Shown: positions 48,689 through 59,037, numbered from the stretch's first letter. The stretch is 64,000 nt of DNA from Phycisphaeraceae bacterium (GCA_963674705.1 OY771506.1:2720001-2784000), one strand, 5' to 3'. The notes: generated by a model not told the origin, from the letters alone. A program made the numbers and translations.

Positions 48689-48714
48689 CATATAGCCCGA
48701 CCATCCTGGTCGGG
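48689..48714. repeat. 26-bp palindromic direct repeat, copy 2
   Basis: Identical to 48189-48214. Confidence 0.9.
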
Positions 48715-48736
48715 ATCGACTTCCTCCGTCACACAC

Positions 48737-49738
48737 TCAATCGCAATCTGTATATCCTAGATATTCGCCACAATGCAGGCACTGGAAAAGATACGCCGTC
48801 GGCGATCCGTCTTTGTCCAGCGCCCGGTAAAACGCGTCCCACTCCGGCCCATCTTCCAGCCCCGTCTCATCTTGAATAGCTTTCGTGGCCTCCGGACCCC
48901 GCGCCTGCAATTCAGCAAAGCCCACCCTGCCTAAAAACGCACACGCATCGCCGCAGTGCGTCGCCCATCGCTCCTGCTGCCATCCGGCAAAGCCGGGCGT
49001 CCTGTATGCAACTTCGTCAACAACCTCTTTCGGAACATCCTCCCACTGCCCGCCGCCTCCGACACCTGCCGCGTCGGTGAACTCAGCGCCTAACTTACTG
49101 CTTGCCGATCCATCCGCGATACACCACGGGCAGATACAGTCCTCGTATTCCCCCTCGGCATAGACCGGTCCACGATAGACATATCCACGCGGTTGCTGAC
49201 AACAGATGCAAACTTCATCACTGGGAATCACGCACTCTGATGCGATCGGATCGGGGTGGTACTTGAAGGTGGGTAATGGTTGCGGGGCAGGGGGCGCAGC
49301 CAACACTTGTGGGCCGTGCAGCACCTCGTTTAATGCATCCGCATCGATCTCAATCCCCGCGCCATGGGCCTCGGCCAGCAGCTTGCTGATGGCTTTTTCC
49401 CGGCCCTTGACCTCTTCTTCGTTATACACCACAAAGGTATTCGTGTAGGGGAATTGGATCGCGTTGATGATGAACATCAAAATGACCCCGCCGACCGGGA
49501 AGAGCAGCACGATCAGTCCCAGACTTTGATAGAGCGCGTAACTGAGCGCGACCGACACAATAATCGGCGACAAAACCACGATCGCGATGATCTGTGTCCA
49601 AGGTTTCGCATCCGTACTGATGCGCATCAGCTTCGCTTCACAATGCGGGCATATCCTGAACCTCGATTCCTTCGAGCTCCATTCCTTGCCGGCACCGATT
49701 TTCTCACCACACTCCGGACATTTGGCCATGTACTGCAT
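48737..49738 (-). CDS. Zinc ribbon-2TM fused to CbrC (UPF0167) family domain
   Basis: CPEC/CPHC plus two TMs; then FKYHPDP, CICC, CPWCIADGSA, RTPGFAGWQQERW..HCGDAC, YLFQCLHCG. Confidence 0.8.
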   Translation of the reverse strand: MQYMAKCPECGEKIGAGKEWSSKESRFRICPHCEAKLMRISTDAKPWTQIIAIVVLSPIIVSVALSYALYQSLGLIVLLFPVGGVILMFIINAIQFPYTNTFVVYNEEEVKGREKAISKLLAEAHGAGIEIDADALNEVLHGPQVLAAPPAPQPLPTFKYHPDPIASECVIPSDEVCICCQQPRGYVYRGPVYAEGEYEDCICPWCIADGSASSKLGAEFTDAAGVGGGGQWEDVPKEVVDEVAYRTPGFAGWQQERWATHCGDACAFLGRVGFAELQARGPEATKAIQDETGLEDGPEWDAFYRALDKDGSPTAYLFQCLHCGEYLGYTDCD

Positions 49739-49779
49739 GTCGGGCCCCCTGTGTAATAAACCTTTTTGATTATCAAGCA

Positions 49780-51033
49780 TCACTCATACAACAACACAGC
49801 TTCGCGCGCCTCAGCAAATGCCTTCAGCTTCGGGTCACGCCGCCACTGAGCCACGATCTCGTCCGCAGGCCTGCGGTGTTTGAGTGCATCGATCACCCAC
49901 TGGGCCCCGATCAGTCCGCGCAATTTATCGACGCTGTAGCGTTCCGGATGCACCTTCAGCAAAGCATCCAGCATGTGCACGCCTGCTTCGACAGGCTTCA
50001 CAGCACGCCTGTCCGTCACGACAAACCGCACGCCTTCACAGACCTCATCAATAAACTGATACGGGTAATTCTTACGGCCTGTGATGTCCGTACCCGAGGG
50101 GATAAACGTCGTACGCATTACCCAGATCCCCGGCAGGTTACGGCTGCGAAGCTCTGCGCATAACGCGTCGCCATCCACCCACGGCGCGCCCAGGTACTCG
50201 AACGGCCGATCCGTGCCCCGGCCGACCGACAGGTCCTTGTTCGCCTCCGTCTGCGCCACCATCGTGTACAGAATCTCTTCATCCAGCGATCGCATGTTCG
50301 GCGAAGGGTTCACCCAAGGCAATCCTGTTTCATCGAACATCATCCCACGTTTCCAGCCCTCGCACTCGATCACTTCCAGGTCGCAGCCGATCCCGTAGTG
50401 GCCGTTGAAGAGCAGGGCGAGTTCGCCGACCGTCATGCCGTGCAGCGTGGGCATCGGCTTGTACGCCGTGAAGTTACCGACCAGATCATCATCCTGGATC
50501 GGCCCGTCGAAGTCAGTCCCTCCCAGCGGATTCGGCCTATCGAGCACGTAGATCTTGATCCCGTGTTCTTTCGCCGCCTCCATGCAGAGCCCGAGCGTGG
50601 AGATATAGGTGTAGAACCGTGCCCCGATGTCCTGGATGTCGTAGACCAGCACGTCGACGCCTTCGAGCATCTCGTCGGTGGGCTTACGTGTCTTGCCGTA
50701 GAGGCTGTAGATCGGCAGGCCGGTCGCCGGGTCTGTATCGGAATCGACGTGGCGGTCTTCGGTGCCCCGGATGCCGTGCTCGGGTGTGAAGATCGCAACA
50801 AGCTCAACGTTCGCCGATGCGTGCATCAGGTCGAGGATGTGCTCGCCTTTAACGTTGATCCCCGAGTGGTTGGTGATCAGCCCGACCTTCTTGCCTTTGA
50901 GTGCAGCGAAGTCGTCCTGCTGCATCACATCCAGCCCGGTACGCACACGCGCTTCAGCATAAGCGGTTGAACTCTGGCTAAGAATCAGGCACATGCACAG
51001 GCAGGTGAACAGGGCGGTTAAATACTTTGGCAT
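49780..51033 (-). CDS. namZ: DUF1343 exo-beta-N-acetylmuramidase (NamZ family)
   Basis: GLITNHSG, PEHGIRG, SLYG, DIQDIGARFYTY, LDRPNP, PSPNM, GRGT. Confidence 0.9.
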   Translation of the reverse strand: MPKYLTALFTCLCMCLILSQSSTAYAEARVRTGLDVMQQDDFAALKGKKVGLITNHSGINVKGEHILDLMHASANVELVAIFTPEHGIRGTEDRHVDSDTDPATGLPIYSLYGKTRKPTDEMLEGVDVLVYDIQDIGARFYTYISTLGLCMEAAKEHGIKIYVLDRPNPLGGTDFDGPIQDDDLVGNFTAYKPMPTLHGMTVGELALLFNGHYGIGCDLEVIECEGWKRGMMFDETGLPWVNPSPNMRSLDEEILYTMVAQTEANKDLSVGRGTDRPFEYLGAPWVDGDALCAELRSRNLPGIWVMRTTFIPSGTDITGRKNYPYQFIDEVCEGVRFVVTDRRAVKPVEAGVHMLDALLKVHPERYSVDKLRGLIGAQWVIDALKHRRPADEIVAQWRRDPKLKAFAEAREAVLLYE

Positions 51034-51063
51034 CTCGCTTAGACCTTTCTTTTTCACTGCGAA

Positions 51064-51513
51064 TCAAGGTTCGGTGGGTTTACGTCGGAATGATTTAGTT
51101 TCTGATCGGTGGCGTTTGTTGTCCAATCGTCGTTGGATCGCGGCCCGGCTGGGTTTGGTCGGCCGGCGACGCTTGGGCCGATTCATCGCTTCGATTATCA
51201 TCTGCCGCAGCTTTGCCAGGCAGGCCTTGCGGTTTGCATGCTGGCTGCGGCTTGTTGAATCCGTGATCTGTATGCGTTCACTGTCAGCAGACAACCGGCT
51301 GCCGGCATGGATCAGCAGGCGCTTGATCGCCCATTCCGGCAAGACCGCCGACAGATCGGAAACATCCACATCGAGGATCGCCTTGGTATTCAGCTTGTTC
51401 ACGTTCTGCCCGCCCGGCCCGCTGCTGCGTGCAAACGAAAAACGCAGCGCCGACTCCGGCAGCCACAAACCCGGTGCGATCGCGAACTGATTGTTCGGCT
51501 CCTCCTGCTGCAT
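51064..51513 (-). CDS. arfB: Alternative ribosome rescue factor ArfB
   Basis: RSSGPGGQNVNK, RSQHANR, basic tail RRPTKPSR..RRLDNK. Confidence 0.93.
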   Translation of the reverse strand: MQQEEPNNQFAIAPGLWLPESALRFSFARSSGPGGQNVNKLNTKAILDVDVSDLSAVLPEWAIKRLLIHAGSRLSADSERIQITDSTSRSQHANRKACLAKLRQMIIEAMNRPKRRRPTKPSRAAIQRRLDNKRHRSETKSFRRKPTEP

Positions 51514-51654
51514 CGGGGCATTGTGCCGTGATTTGCCCGGTATGTCGAGATGACCGACTAATCCCTGTTCAGTTGCGACTTGATTGCCAAAAATGGGAGG
51601 CCCCCGGTAAAAAGTCGCACAACCTGAATCACCGGTTTTGTTACACTTTGGACC

Positions 51655-52722
51655 ATGAGAATCTCAGTTATCGATCCGATCGGTCGTGCCTGGAACCGAA
51701 TGGTCGATATTTTGTTCAAGCCATTCGATATCACGCTGTGGTTCTGTCTGGGGTTTACCGTCTTCCTGGCGAACCTCGGCAGGGGCGGCGGTTTTAACTT
51801 CCAATACCGAGGTGGCGGTGGTGGCGGCGGTCCGAGCGGCCCGCAAGCCTGGGACATGATCCATGAAGCGATCCAATGGGTTCAGGACCATGCAATCCTG
51901 GTGATCAGCCTCGCTCTGCTTGGCTTCATCCTGATTAATGCCATTACCGCCGTGATGCTCTGGTTACGCAGCCGCGGCATCTTCATGGAGATCGACAACC
52001 TCGCCTTCGGCAGAGGGCTCGTCGTCAAACCTTGGCGCGAATTCCGACAGCACGGCAACAGCCTGTTTATTTTCAACTTCGTCGCCGGCTTTATCGTGTC
52101 TCTGTTTACGTATGCGGTGATGGCGCTGGCCGGCTACATCATGTGGCCCGATATCATGAATCGCGTCGTCGGCGAAAACATGATCTGGGGATTCATCGTA
52201 CTGGTTGCGATCCTGCCCCTGACCTGGGTCAACTATGTCATCATGGAGATGTTGTTGATCGACTTCATCGCCCCGACGATGTATCTGTTCGATCTACGCG
52301 TTGGCGATGCCTGGAAGCTCTGGTATCAGCAGGTATTCAGGGGCCACTTCTGGGTTCTCTGCCTCTTCTACCTGATGAAGATACTGCTGGGGTTCGCAGT
52401 GATATTTGTCGTGCTTTTCGCGTTCTGCATGACCCTTTGCATCGCGTACTGTATCGCAATCATACCTTATATCGGTACGGTCATGATGCTGCCGATATTC
52501 GTCTTCCAACGCTGCTACACGCTCTACTTCCTCGAACAATTCGGCGAGCCCTGGCGCTTGTTTGTCTATGACCGTGAATCCCAACTGTGCGTGTCATGCG
52601 GGTACGACTTGCGTGGCAATCCAAACGCGACCCACTGCCCGGAATGCGGCATGCCTTTAGTTAAACCGGAACAGAACACGGGGCCCACGACTGAAGGATA
52701 CAGCCCTGTCGAACCGGACTGA
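51655..52722 (+). CDS. Multi-pass membrane protein with C-terminal zinc ribbon
   Basis: Several TM helices; CVSCGYDLRGNPNATHCPECG. Confidence 0.8.
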   Translation: MRISVIDPIGRAWNRMVDILFKPFDITLWFCLGFTVFLANLGRGGGFNFQYRGGGGGGGPSGPQAWDMIHEAIQWVQDHAILVISLALLGFILINAITAVMLWLRSRGIFMEIDNLAFGRGLVVKPWREFRQHGNSLFIFNFVAGFIVSLFTYAVMALAGYIMWPDIMNRVVGENMIWGFIVLVAILPLTWVNYVIMEMLLIDFIAPTMYLFDLRVGDAWKLWYQQVFRGHFWVLCLFYLMKILLGFAVIFVVLFAFCMTLCIAYCIAIIPYIGTVMMLPIFVFQRCYTLYFLEQFGEPWRLFVYDRESQLCVSCGYDLRGNPNATHCPECGMPLVKPEQNTGPTTEGYSPVEPD

Positions 52723-52758
52723 TGCTATGAATGCTCTTATTAAGGCTGGCACCGTATG

Positions 52759-55371
52759 TCACGCGGTCAGTCGTTGCTCGTGCACGCCAAGGATATATTC
52801 CGTAGCCTTGTCGGTGCTCAGTGGCCGAGAGAAGTAATAGCCCTGGGCGTTGTCGCATTCTAATGCCTGTAGTTGGGCAACCTGTGCGGCGGTCTCGATC
52901 CCCTCCGCGACCACGCTGATCCCCATCGTGTGTGCGAGCGTGACAATCGCTTGAATCACAGCGGTATACTCGATGCGCTGTTCCATGTTGCCGATGAATT
53001 CCCGATCGATCTTCAAGACGTTGATCGGGAACCGGTGCAGACAACTCAGGGAAGAATGTCCCGTGCCGAAGTCATCCATCGCCAACTGCACACCCAGCGA
53101 GCGTATCTCTTCCAGCACCGGCGTGATGCCATGACGGTCGTCCATGATCACGCTCTCGGTGATCTCCAGCTTGATATCCTTAGGATCGATTCCGGTTTCT
53201 TCGAAGGTGGTGATCAGGTTCTTGACCACCCCGGGGTGTGTGATCTGCTTTTTGGAGATATTCACATTCATGAACAGATCGCGAGCCTGTGGGTAGCATT
53301 TTTTCCACTTGTGCAGTTGCTTGCAGGCTTGCTGTAACACCCAACTGCCGATCTTGATGATCTCGCCTGTTTCCTCCGCGATCTCGATGAACAGTTCGGG
53401 TGAAATCGGCCCGTTGTCCGGGTGGTCCCACCGCAGCAAAGCCTCGAATCCCAGGAGCATGGCCGTGTCCAGGCTGACAATGGGTTGGTAGACCAGCTTC
53501 ATCTGTCCCAGCGCGATCGCGGTGCGCAGGTCCTTTTCCATGGTCAGCCGCTGAAGCGCCTTGGCATGCATCTGCTCATCAAACACGACGTAACGGGCCT
53601 TGCCCGCTGCCTTGGCGTGATACATCGCTGTGTCGGCGTCGCGTATCACCTCATCGGGTTTTTCGTACTGGTTGTTGTTCAGCACGATCCCGACGCTGGC
53701 GGTTGAGGTGACATCATGCCCCCCCAGGTTGTGCGGTTTGGCAAACGCCACCATCAGTCGTTCCGCGACCCGGATCGTGCCGTCAAGCCCGTCAACACCA
53801 TCCAGGAGCACTACGAACTCATCGCCCCCCAACCGTGCGGCCGTGTCGACCGTGCGTAACTGCACCCGAAGACGCTGAGCGATACTGATCAGCAGCATGT
53901 CCCCGTATTCATGACCCAGGCTGTCGTTGACAATCTTGAAGCGATCGAAGTCGAGGAACAATAGCGCAAATGTGTACGACTTGTTACGCTTGGCTCTAGC
54001 CAGCGCCGAACGCAGCAGATCTGTGATGTATGCACGGTTCGGCAGGCCCGTCAGCCTGTCGTGACGCGCCTGTTTGATCAGCTCGAATTCTGATTGCTTC
54101 TGTTGTGTGATATCCGATAGCGAGCCCGCAAGCCTGGTCGGCACACCCTTCTCATCACGAACCGCTACCCCCCGGCACAACACCCAACGCTCCTCGCCCT
54201 CACAAGTGATGATCTTGTATGTGCAGTTCAGCTTGTCTGTCCTGCCGCTCAGATACATCGCCAGGTCCGCATCAAATTGGGCTTTGCTGTTATCGCTTAT
54301 CCGCTTGCGCCAGTCTTCGAATGTCAGGTCCGACGCATCTTCCGGGTAACCGAAAATGCTCTTCCAACGTGGTGAGTAATACACCTCATCGGTGATCAAG
54401 TCCCAGTCCCAGAGCCCGTCGTTGGAGCTTTTGGCAACCAGTGCATAGCGCTGCTCGCTGCGTGCCAGCGCCAACTCTGCTTTCTTGCGCTCATCGAGTT
54501 CGCGGATGATGACCGCCGCCGCGACAACCTCGCCACGCGCATCCCGTACAGGCGCAAGCGTGAATGAGGTATTGATAAGCTTGCCATCCTTACGGACGTT
54601 CACAGTCTCGATGCTGTCGGATCGCTCCCCCCGTTTGACTTTCTCCATAAACGACAGGACATGGTTCCCATCTTCTTTCGGATACATGATGTTAGCGGGT
54701 TTACCGATCACCTCCTCCGCCGTGTACCCAAACAGCTTTTCCGCAGCCCCGTTCCAGGTCAGTATGATCCGGTCAAGCGTTTCGGTGAAGATCGCGTCCT
54801 CGCTTGTCTCCACCACGGAGGCGATCTGACGCAAGTCATGTTGGGTATTGAGATGGAAGCGCCTTTCGATCAGGCCGGCAATCACCAGCATCAGCAGTTC
54901 GAATTCCTGTTGCTGGATGTGGGGAGCGGATGTAACCGGTTCGCGTTTGAGAAAAATAAGTGTGCCGATGATGTGTCCGTCGATCCGAATCGGCATGCCG
55001 CAGTAGTAACAACATTCCGGCGGCAGCTTGTCAAACAATTGCTGGTTCGTTGTGTGCTTTTTCAGAAACGTAAACGCATCACGCTCGATGAGTTCGAGGC
55101 ACGCGGTATCCTGAAGGTCAAGTGTTTTGCCCGGCGGGAAGTTGTCGCCCCATGGCTCATGCGAAGACAGGATCGTCAGCACATTGTCTTGCAGGCTTGT
55201 GGCAACTCCGACGTCCATCCCGAAACGTCGGCAGCCAATCGATAACAGCTCGCCAAGTTGCTGCTGGGAGTTTTTACCCCCCTCACTGGCAAGCTCAAAA
55301 ATCGATCTTAGAAAAGCCTCGTGGCCGTTCAATGAACTTTCCCGTCGTCGGCTACTCTGTTTACCGAGCAT
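52759..55371 (-). CDS. GAF-PAS-PAS-GGDEF-EAL signalling protein
   Basis: PAS motifs (WNGAAEKLFGY; DGLWDWDL), RLGGDEF with RTVD I-site, FEALLRW, DDFGTGHSSL, AEGIE. Confidence 0.94.
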   Translation of the reverse strand: MLGKQSSRRRESSLNGHEAFLRSIFELASEGGKNSQQQLGELLSIGCRRFGMDVGVATSLQDNVLTILSSHEPWGDNFPPGKTLDLQDTACLELIERDAFTFLKKHTTNQQLFDKLPPECCYYCGMPIRIDGHIIGTLIFLKREPVTSAPHIQQQEFELLMLVIAGLIERRFHLNTQHDLRQIASVVETSEDAIFTETLDRIILTWNGAAEKLFGYTAEEVIGKPANIMYPKEDGNHVLSFMEKVKRGERSDSIETVNVRKDGKLINTSFTLAPVRDARGEVVAAAVIIRELDERKKAELALARSEQRYALVAKSSNDGLWDWDLITDEVYYSPRWKSIFGYPEDASDLTFEDWRKRISDNSKAQFDADLAMYLSGRTDKLNCTYKIITCEGEERWVLCRGVAVRDEKGVPTRLAGSLSDITQQKQSEFELIKQARHDRLTGLPNRAYITDLLRSALARAKRNKSYTFALLFLDFDRFKIVNDSLGHEYGDMLLISIAQRLRVQLRTVDTAARLGGDEFVVLLDGVDGLDGTIRVAERLMVAFAKPHNLGGHDVTSTASVGIVLNNNQYEKPDEVIRDADTAMYHAKAAGKARYVVFDEQMHAKALQRLTMEKDLRTAIALGQMKLVYQPIVSLDTAMLLGFEALLRWDHPDNGPISPELFIEIAEETGEIIKIGSWVLQQACKQLHKWKKCYPQARDLFMNVNISKKQITHPGVVKNLITTFEETGIDPKDIKLEITESVIMDDRHGITPVLEEIRSLGVQLAMDDFGTGHSSLSCLHRFPINVLKIDREFIGNMEQRIEYTAVIQAIVTLAHTMGISVVAEGIETAAQVAQLQALECDNAQGYYFSRPLSTDKATEYILGVHEQRLTA

Positions 55372-55564
55372 CGGCCCACCTGGCTCGTCTGACGCCTCGG
55401 TAAATCACACATTGAAACTCCCAATTGCACAGCCTAAGTATCTTCGGTATCAGAGCATGTGTACTTAATCCCGATTGCCTAACTCGCTTGTGGTGGGAGG
55501 CTTGGATTCACCGCCTATAATCAGCTTTCGGTCAACACCCCATAACAACCGCGAGCACAGCCCA

Positions 55565-56797
55565 ATGCGACACGTCCTCTTAGCCCTGGCCATCTACCCG
55601 CTGCTTGTTATCTGCTGCTCCGATAACAACACCTACGCTACCGAACCGCCGCCGGAGACAAAGGTCGGCATCAATCTGCGCGACCTCATCGAGTACACCG
55701 ACGGGCGAACCGGCGACACGCTCTACCCGGTCAACGTCAATAACTGGTGGGGTTACATGAACCAGCAGGGCAACCTCGTCGTCTTCCCGCAGTACGAATG
55801 GACGGATTACTTCGACGATGGACTGGCGCGAGCCGTTATCAACGGCAAGACCGGCTACCTCAAGAAAAGCGGCAACTGGATACTCCCACCGATATACCCC
55901 TATGCCGATCGTTTCGCCGAGGGACGCGCTGTGGTCGGTGACGGCGCACTCTACGGCTACATCGAAAAGTCCGGCAAACTACTGACGCCCATTCAGTATG
56001 AAGCCGCTTTGCGATTCAGCGAAGGCATGGCGGCGGTGAGTAACAATGGGCGATGCGGCTACATCAATCAAACGGGCAAGTTGGTGTTGCCCATGGAATA
56101 TGTTCAAGCCAGGTCGTTCCACGACGGTAAGGCGGCCGTGGGTTGGCTTGTCAACGGCAAAACCATCTTCGGCTACATCGACCGACGCGGCCGCGAAGTC
56201 TTCGTGGACCACTCCGGTGAAGTCGAAGCGCTCGGCGACTTCTGTGACGGCATGGCGCGTGTGAAGGGGCGTGGTAAGTGGGGGTATCTGGATAAGACAA
56301 TGAAGCTCGTTATTCCCGCTCGTTTCGATGAAGCACGCGACTTCACCAACGGCGTCGCGGCCGTCCGCGTCGAACAGCAGTGGGGATATATCGATAAATC
56401 GGGCAGGTTTCTTATCCAGCCGGTATATGAAATGGCGGATGATCTGGACGAAACTCTCGCCATGATCACACTCAATGGAAAGATCGGTTACGTGAACAAA
56501 GCGGGGCAAATGATCATCGAACCACATTTCTCATTTGGTGAACCATTTGTTTTTAAATACGCGCGCGTGGGTGAAACGAACAAGTTCGGCTACATCGATC
56601 GTCAGGGATTGGTCAAGTGGGACCCGGAAGTTGCGGTGCAGGGATTTATCAATCGGCGCCCGAAAGAATACCTCACCATCAAGACTGATCCTGAACTGAT
56701 ATACAATCGTACGGTTGATGCGCCACCCTACCGCGAGCCAGCAAAAACGCTATACCCACCGGAATATTTGAACGATCAATCCTTGCCTATCGAATAG
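55565..56797 (+). CDS. WG-repeat-containing exported protein
   Basis: Repeated (W/Y)GYIDKSG..I.P.Y..A..FSEG.A.V units; signal peptide. Confidence 0.9.
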   Translation: MRHVLLALAIYPLLVICCSDNNTYATEPPPETKVGINLRDLIEYTDGRTGDTLYPVNVNNWWGYMNQQGNLVVFPQYEWTDYFDDGLARAVINGKTGYLKKSGNWILPPIYPYADRFAEGRAVVGDGALYGYIEKSGKLLTPIQYEAALRFSEGMAAVSNNGRCGYINQTGKLVLPMEYVQARSFHDGKAAVGWLVNGKTIFGYIDRRGREVFVDHSGEVEALGDFCDGMARVKGRGKWGYLDKTMKLVIPARFDEARDFTNGVAAVRVEQQWGYIDKSGRFLIQPVYEMADDLDETLAMITLNGKIGYVNKAGQMIIEPHFSFGEPFVFKYARVGETNKFGYIDRQGLVKWDPEVAVQGFINRRPKEYLTIKTDPELIYNRTVDAPPYREPAKTLYPPEYLNDQSLPIE

Positions 56798-57022
56798 AAA
56801 CAGCGCAAAGATGTTTCTGTTTTGTTTGAAATATATACATGGATTGTAGAAAGGTGTTTTTCGTCCGTTGAGCACGGCTTCATATGTATGACAACTTGTA
56901 TGTACATCAACGCGAAATTGAATGCATGACTTCTTGGTGAAGTTTTCGACAATTTGTCTCGATTTTTAGATGTTCATGCGTATGATGGAATTGTGTGGGG
57001 TTAAACATTAAGGAGTAATACC

Positions 57023-57487
57023 ATGTTCAACTCCGAACCCGATCCCAATCAGATGCCGGACTTCGAACCCGATCACGAAGCTGATGATGGTCAGTGGATC
57101 GATCCAGAAGACATCGATCCCCAAGACGCTGAGCAACGGATCGAAGTGCCCGACTACTTCCCGGATGAGTTACCACTCTTCATGCCCGGGGCGCTTGTCA
57201 GGCATCGGCGCTACGGTTACCGCGGCGTCGTCGTCGACTTCGACATGACCTGTCATGCCGACGACGAGTGGTACAACGCCAACCCCGCACACCCTGATCG
57301 TGACCAGCCCTGGTGCCACATCCTGGTGCATGGCTCCACGATCAACACCTACGCCGCGCAGGAAAACCTCGTCGCCGACACCACGGGCGCCCCGATCGAT
57401 CACCCGCTTGTCCAGCACTTTTTCCGTGATGTGGATGAGCAAGGCTATCGTCGCAACGACGAGCCTTGGCCTAACTTTGATGAATGA
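57023..57487 (+). CDS. hspQ: Heat shock protein HspQ / YccV-like with acidic N-terminal extension
   Basis: GALVRHRRYGYRGVVVDFD, DQPW, TYAAQENL, IDHP; AGGAG RBS. Confidence 0.85.
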   Translation: MFNSEPDPNQMPDFEPDHEADDGQWIDPEDIDPQDAEQRIEVPDYFPDELPLFMPGALVRHRRYGYRGVVVDFDMTCHADDEWYNANPAHPDRDQPWCHILVHGSTINTYAAQENLVADTTGAPIDHPLVQHFFRDVDEQGYRRNDEPWPNFDE

Positions 57488-58209
57488 GTTTGCGCATCAA
57501 CGTGACGCCGAACAATGTCCATGATGTAGCGATTGACCGTTTCGGGGTGTGAGAAAACCAGAACATGCCGGCCCTTTGGCAGGATCGTGTCGGGATCGCC
57601 CTGATGCAGGGGAATGATTGCGTCCCGCTTGCCATGGATCTGGTAGATCGGTGGGAAGTCCGTCTCGCTGCGAGGATCAAATTCCCAGTCAGCGCAGGCG
57701 TACCCGCCCCAACGGAGGCGATACGCATCCGTATCCGCCGCCATACGCATCATCAGTGCCCGATGGGGGCCGTCCATCTGGTCAAGCCATGCGATCCACA
57801 GACCTCCCGCGGCTCGCAGCGTTCGCCCGAGAAGCGACTGCGGGATACATGCCCCTACCTTCCGTGCGACCTGCCAACGGTCCGGTTTAGCAAACTTACT
57901 GCGACAACTGCCGATCAGGATCACCGCCTCCGGTCGAAGATGACGCGCCATCTCCAGCGCGATCATCCCACCAAACGACACGCCGCCGAGAAATAGCGGC
58001 CGCGTGTCGTCCGGTTCAGGATGTAACTGTTCCGCCCAGCGTTTCGTGTAGTCGTCTAACGCCTCGTCCGGCACAGGCTCAAGCCAATCCGGACACTCCA
58101 GGTCGTCGCCAAGTAAACGCTTCTGCCGCTCGAACATCCGAGCGTCCGCACCAAGTCCCGGGAATAGCACGATCCGCGCGGGGATGTAGCGTTTCACCAA
58201 CGCCTCCAT
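57445..58209 (-). CDS. Alpha/beta hydrolase
   Basis: FPGLGAD, GVSFGG nucleophile elbow, IHGKRD, GRH. Confidence 0.85.
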   Translation of the reverse strand: MEALVKRYIPARIVLFPGLGADARMFERQKRLLGDDLECPDWLEPVPDEALDDYTKRWAEQLHPEPDDTRPLFLGGVSFGGMIALEMARHLRPEAVILIGSCRSKFAKPDRWQVARKVGACIPQSLLGRTLRAAGGLWIAWLDQMDGPHRALMMRMAADTDAYRLRWGGYACADWEFDPRSETDFPPIYQIHGKRDAIIPLHQGDPDTILPKGRHVLVFSHPETVNRYIMDIVRRHVDAQTHSSKLGQGSSLRR

Positions 58210-58263
58210 CAGACCGCGATGCCCGGACGTGGATCCGAGCATCGCGCTGGTTCCAATGCAAGT

Positions 58264-59037
58264 TTATTCGATGCCAACCAGTTCGATCTCGAAGATCAGC
58301 GCCTGGTTCGGACCGATCGATCCGTCCTGATTGCCGTACTCGCCGTACGCCAGGTCCGGCGGGATCACCAGTTCCCACTTGTCGCCGACCTTCATCATCT
58401 GAAGCGCTTCAACCCAACCGGGGATCACACGCCCGACCGGGAAGCTGACCGGCTCGCCTTCATCCGAGCTATCGAACTCCTTGCCGTCGATCAGCGTGCC
58501 CTTGTAGTTCGCCTGCACCACATCTTCAGCGGTCGGTGTTGCGCCGTCGCCTTGCTTGATCACCCGGTATTGCAGGCCGGAGTCGGTGACCTTGACACCT
58601 TCTTTCTTGGCGTTTTCATCCAGGAAGGCCTTGCTGTCAGCCAGGTTCTGCTGCATCTGCTGCATCATCTTCTGTTGCATCTGCATCTGGAACATGAACA
58701 TGGCCTGGCTCATCTGCTGCTCTGTCAGACGCGATTCACCACCGCCCAGGCCGGCCCGCAGCCCTTCGATAAGCTGTTCGGTATCGAAGCCGGCGTTGCG
58801 CTTGCTCATGTCTGAACCGATCGTGTAGCCGATCGTGTAGCTGATGTCTTCATTGCTGAATTCCGGCAGTTCCAAACCCGCCATCGGGTCCTGTGGCATC
58901 GCTTCTTCCGCGGTCGCCGGCGCCTCGGCTGTTTCCGTCGCCGGCTCTGGCGCCACTTCTTCAGCGAAGCTGGGCAGGGCTAGCGTTGAAAGGGTCAGGC
59001 ATAGGGCAGAGGCCCCGTAGATCTTCATGGATTGCAT
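58264..59037 (-). CDS. FKBP-type peptidyl-prolyl isomerase (FkpA/Mip-like)
   Basis: Signal peptide, SYTIG, SGLQY, YKGTLIDGKEFDSS, VIPGWVEAL, LAYG. Confidence 0.94.
   Translation of the reverse strand: MQSMKIYGASALCLTLSTLALPSFAEEVAPEPATETAEAPATAEEAMPQDPMAGLELPEFSNEDISYTIGYTIGSDMSKRNAGFDTEQLIEGLRAGLGGGESRLTEQQMSQAMFMFQMQMQQKMMQQMQQNLADSKAFLDENAKKEGVKVTDSGLQYRVIKQGDGATPTAEDVVQANYKGTLIDGKEFDSSDEGEPVSFPVGRVIPGWVEALQMMKVGDKWELVIPPDLAYGEYGNQDGSIGPNQALIFEIELVGIE

Noticed and set aside
48189..48714. CRISPR array or integron attC interpretation of the 26-bp repeats
   Set aside because: Only two copies 500 bp apart with a gene between them; no cas or intI gene; no RYYYAAC/GTTRRRY ends.
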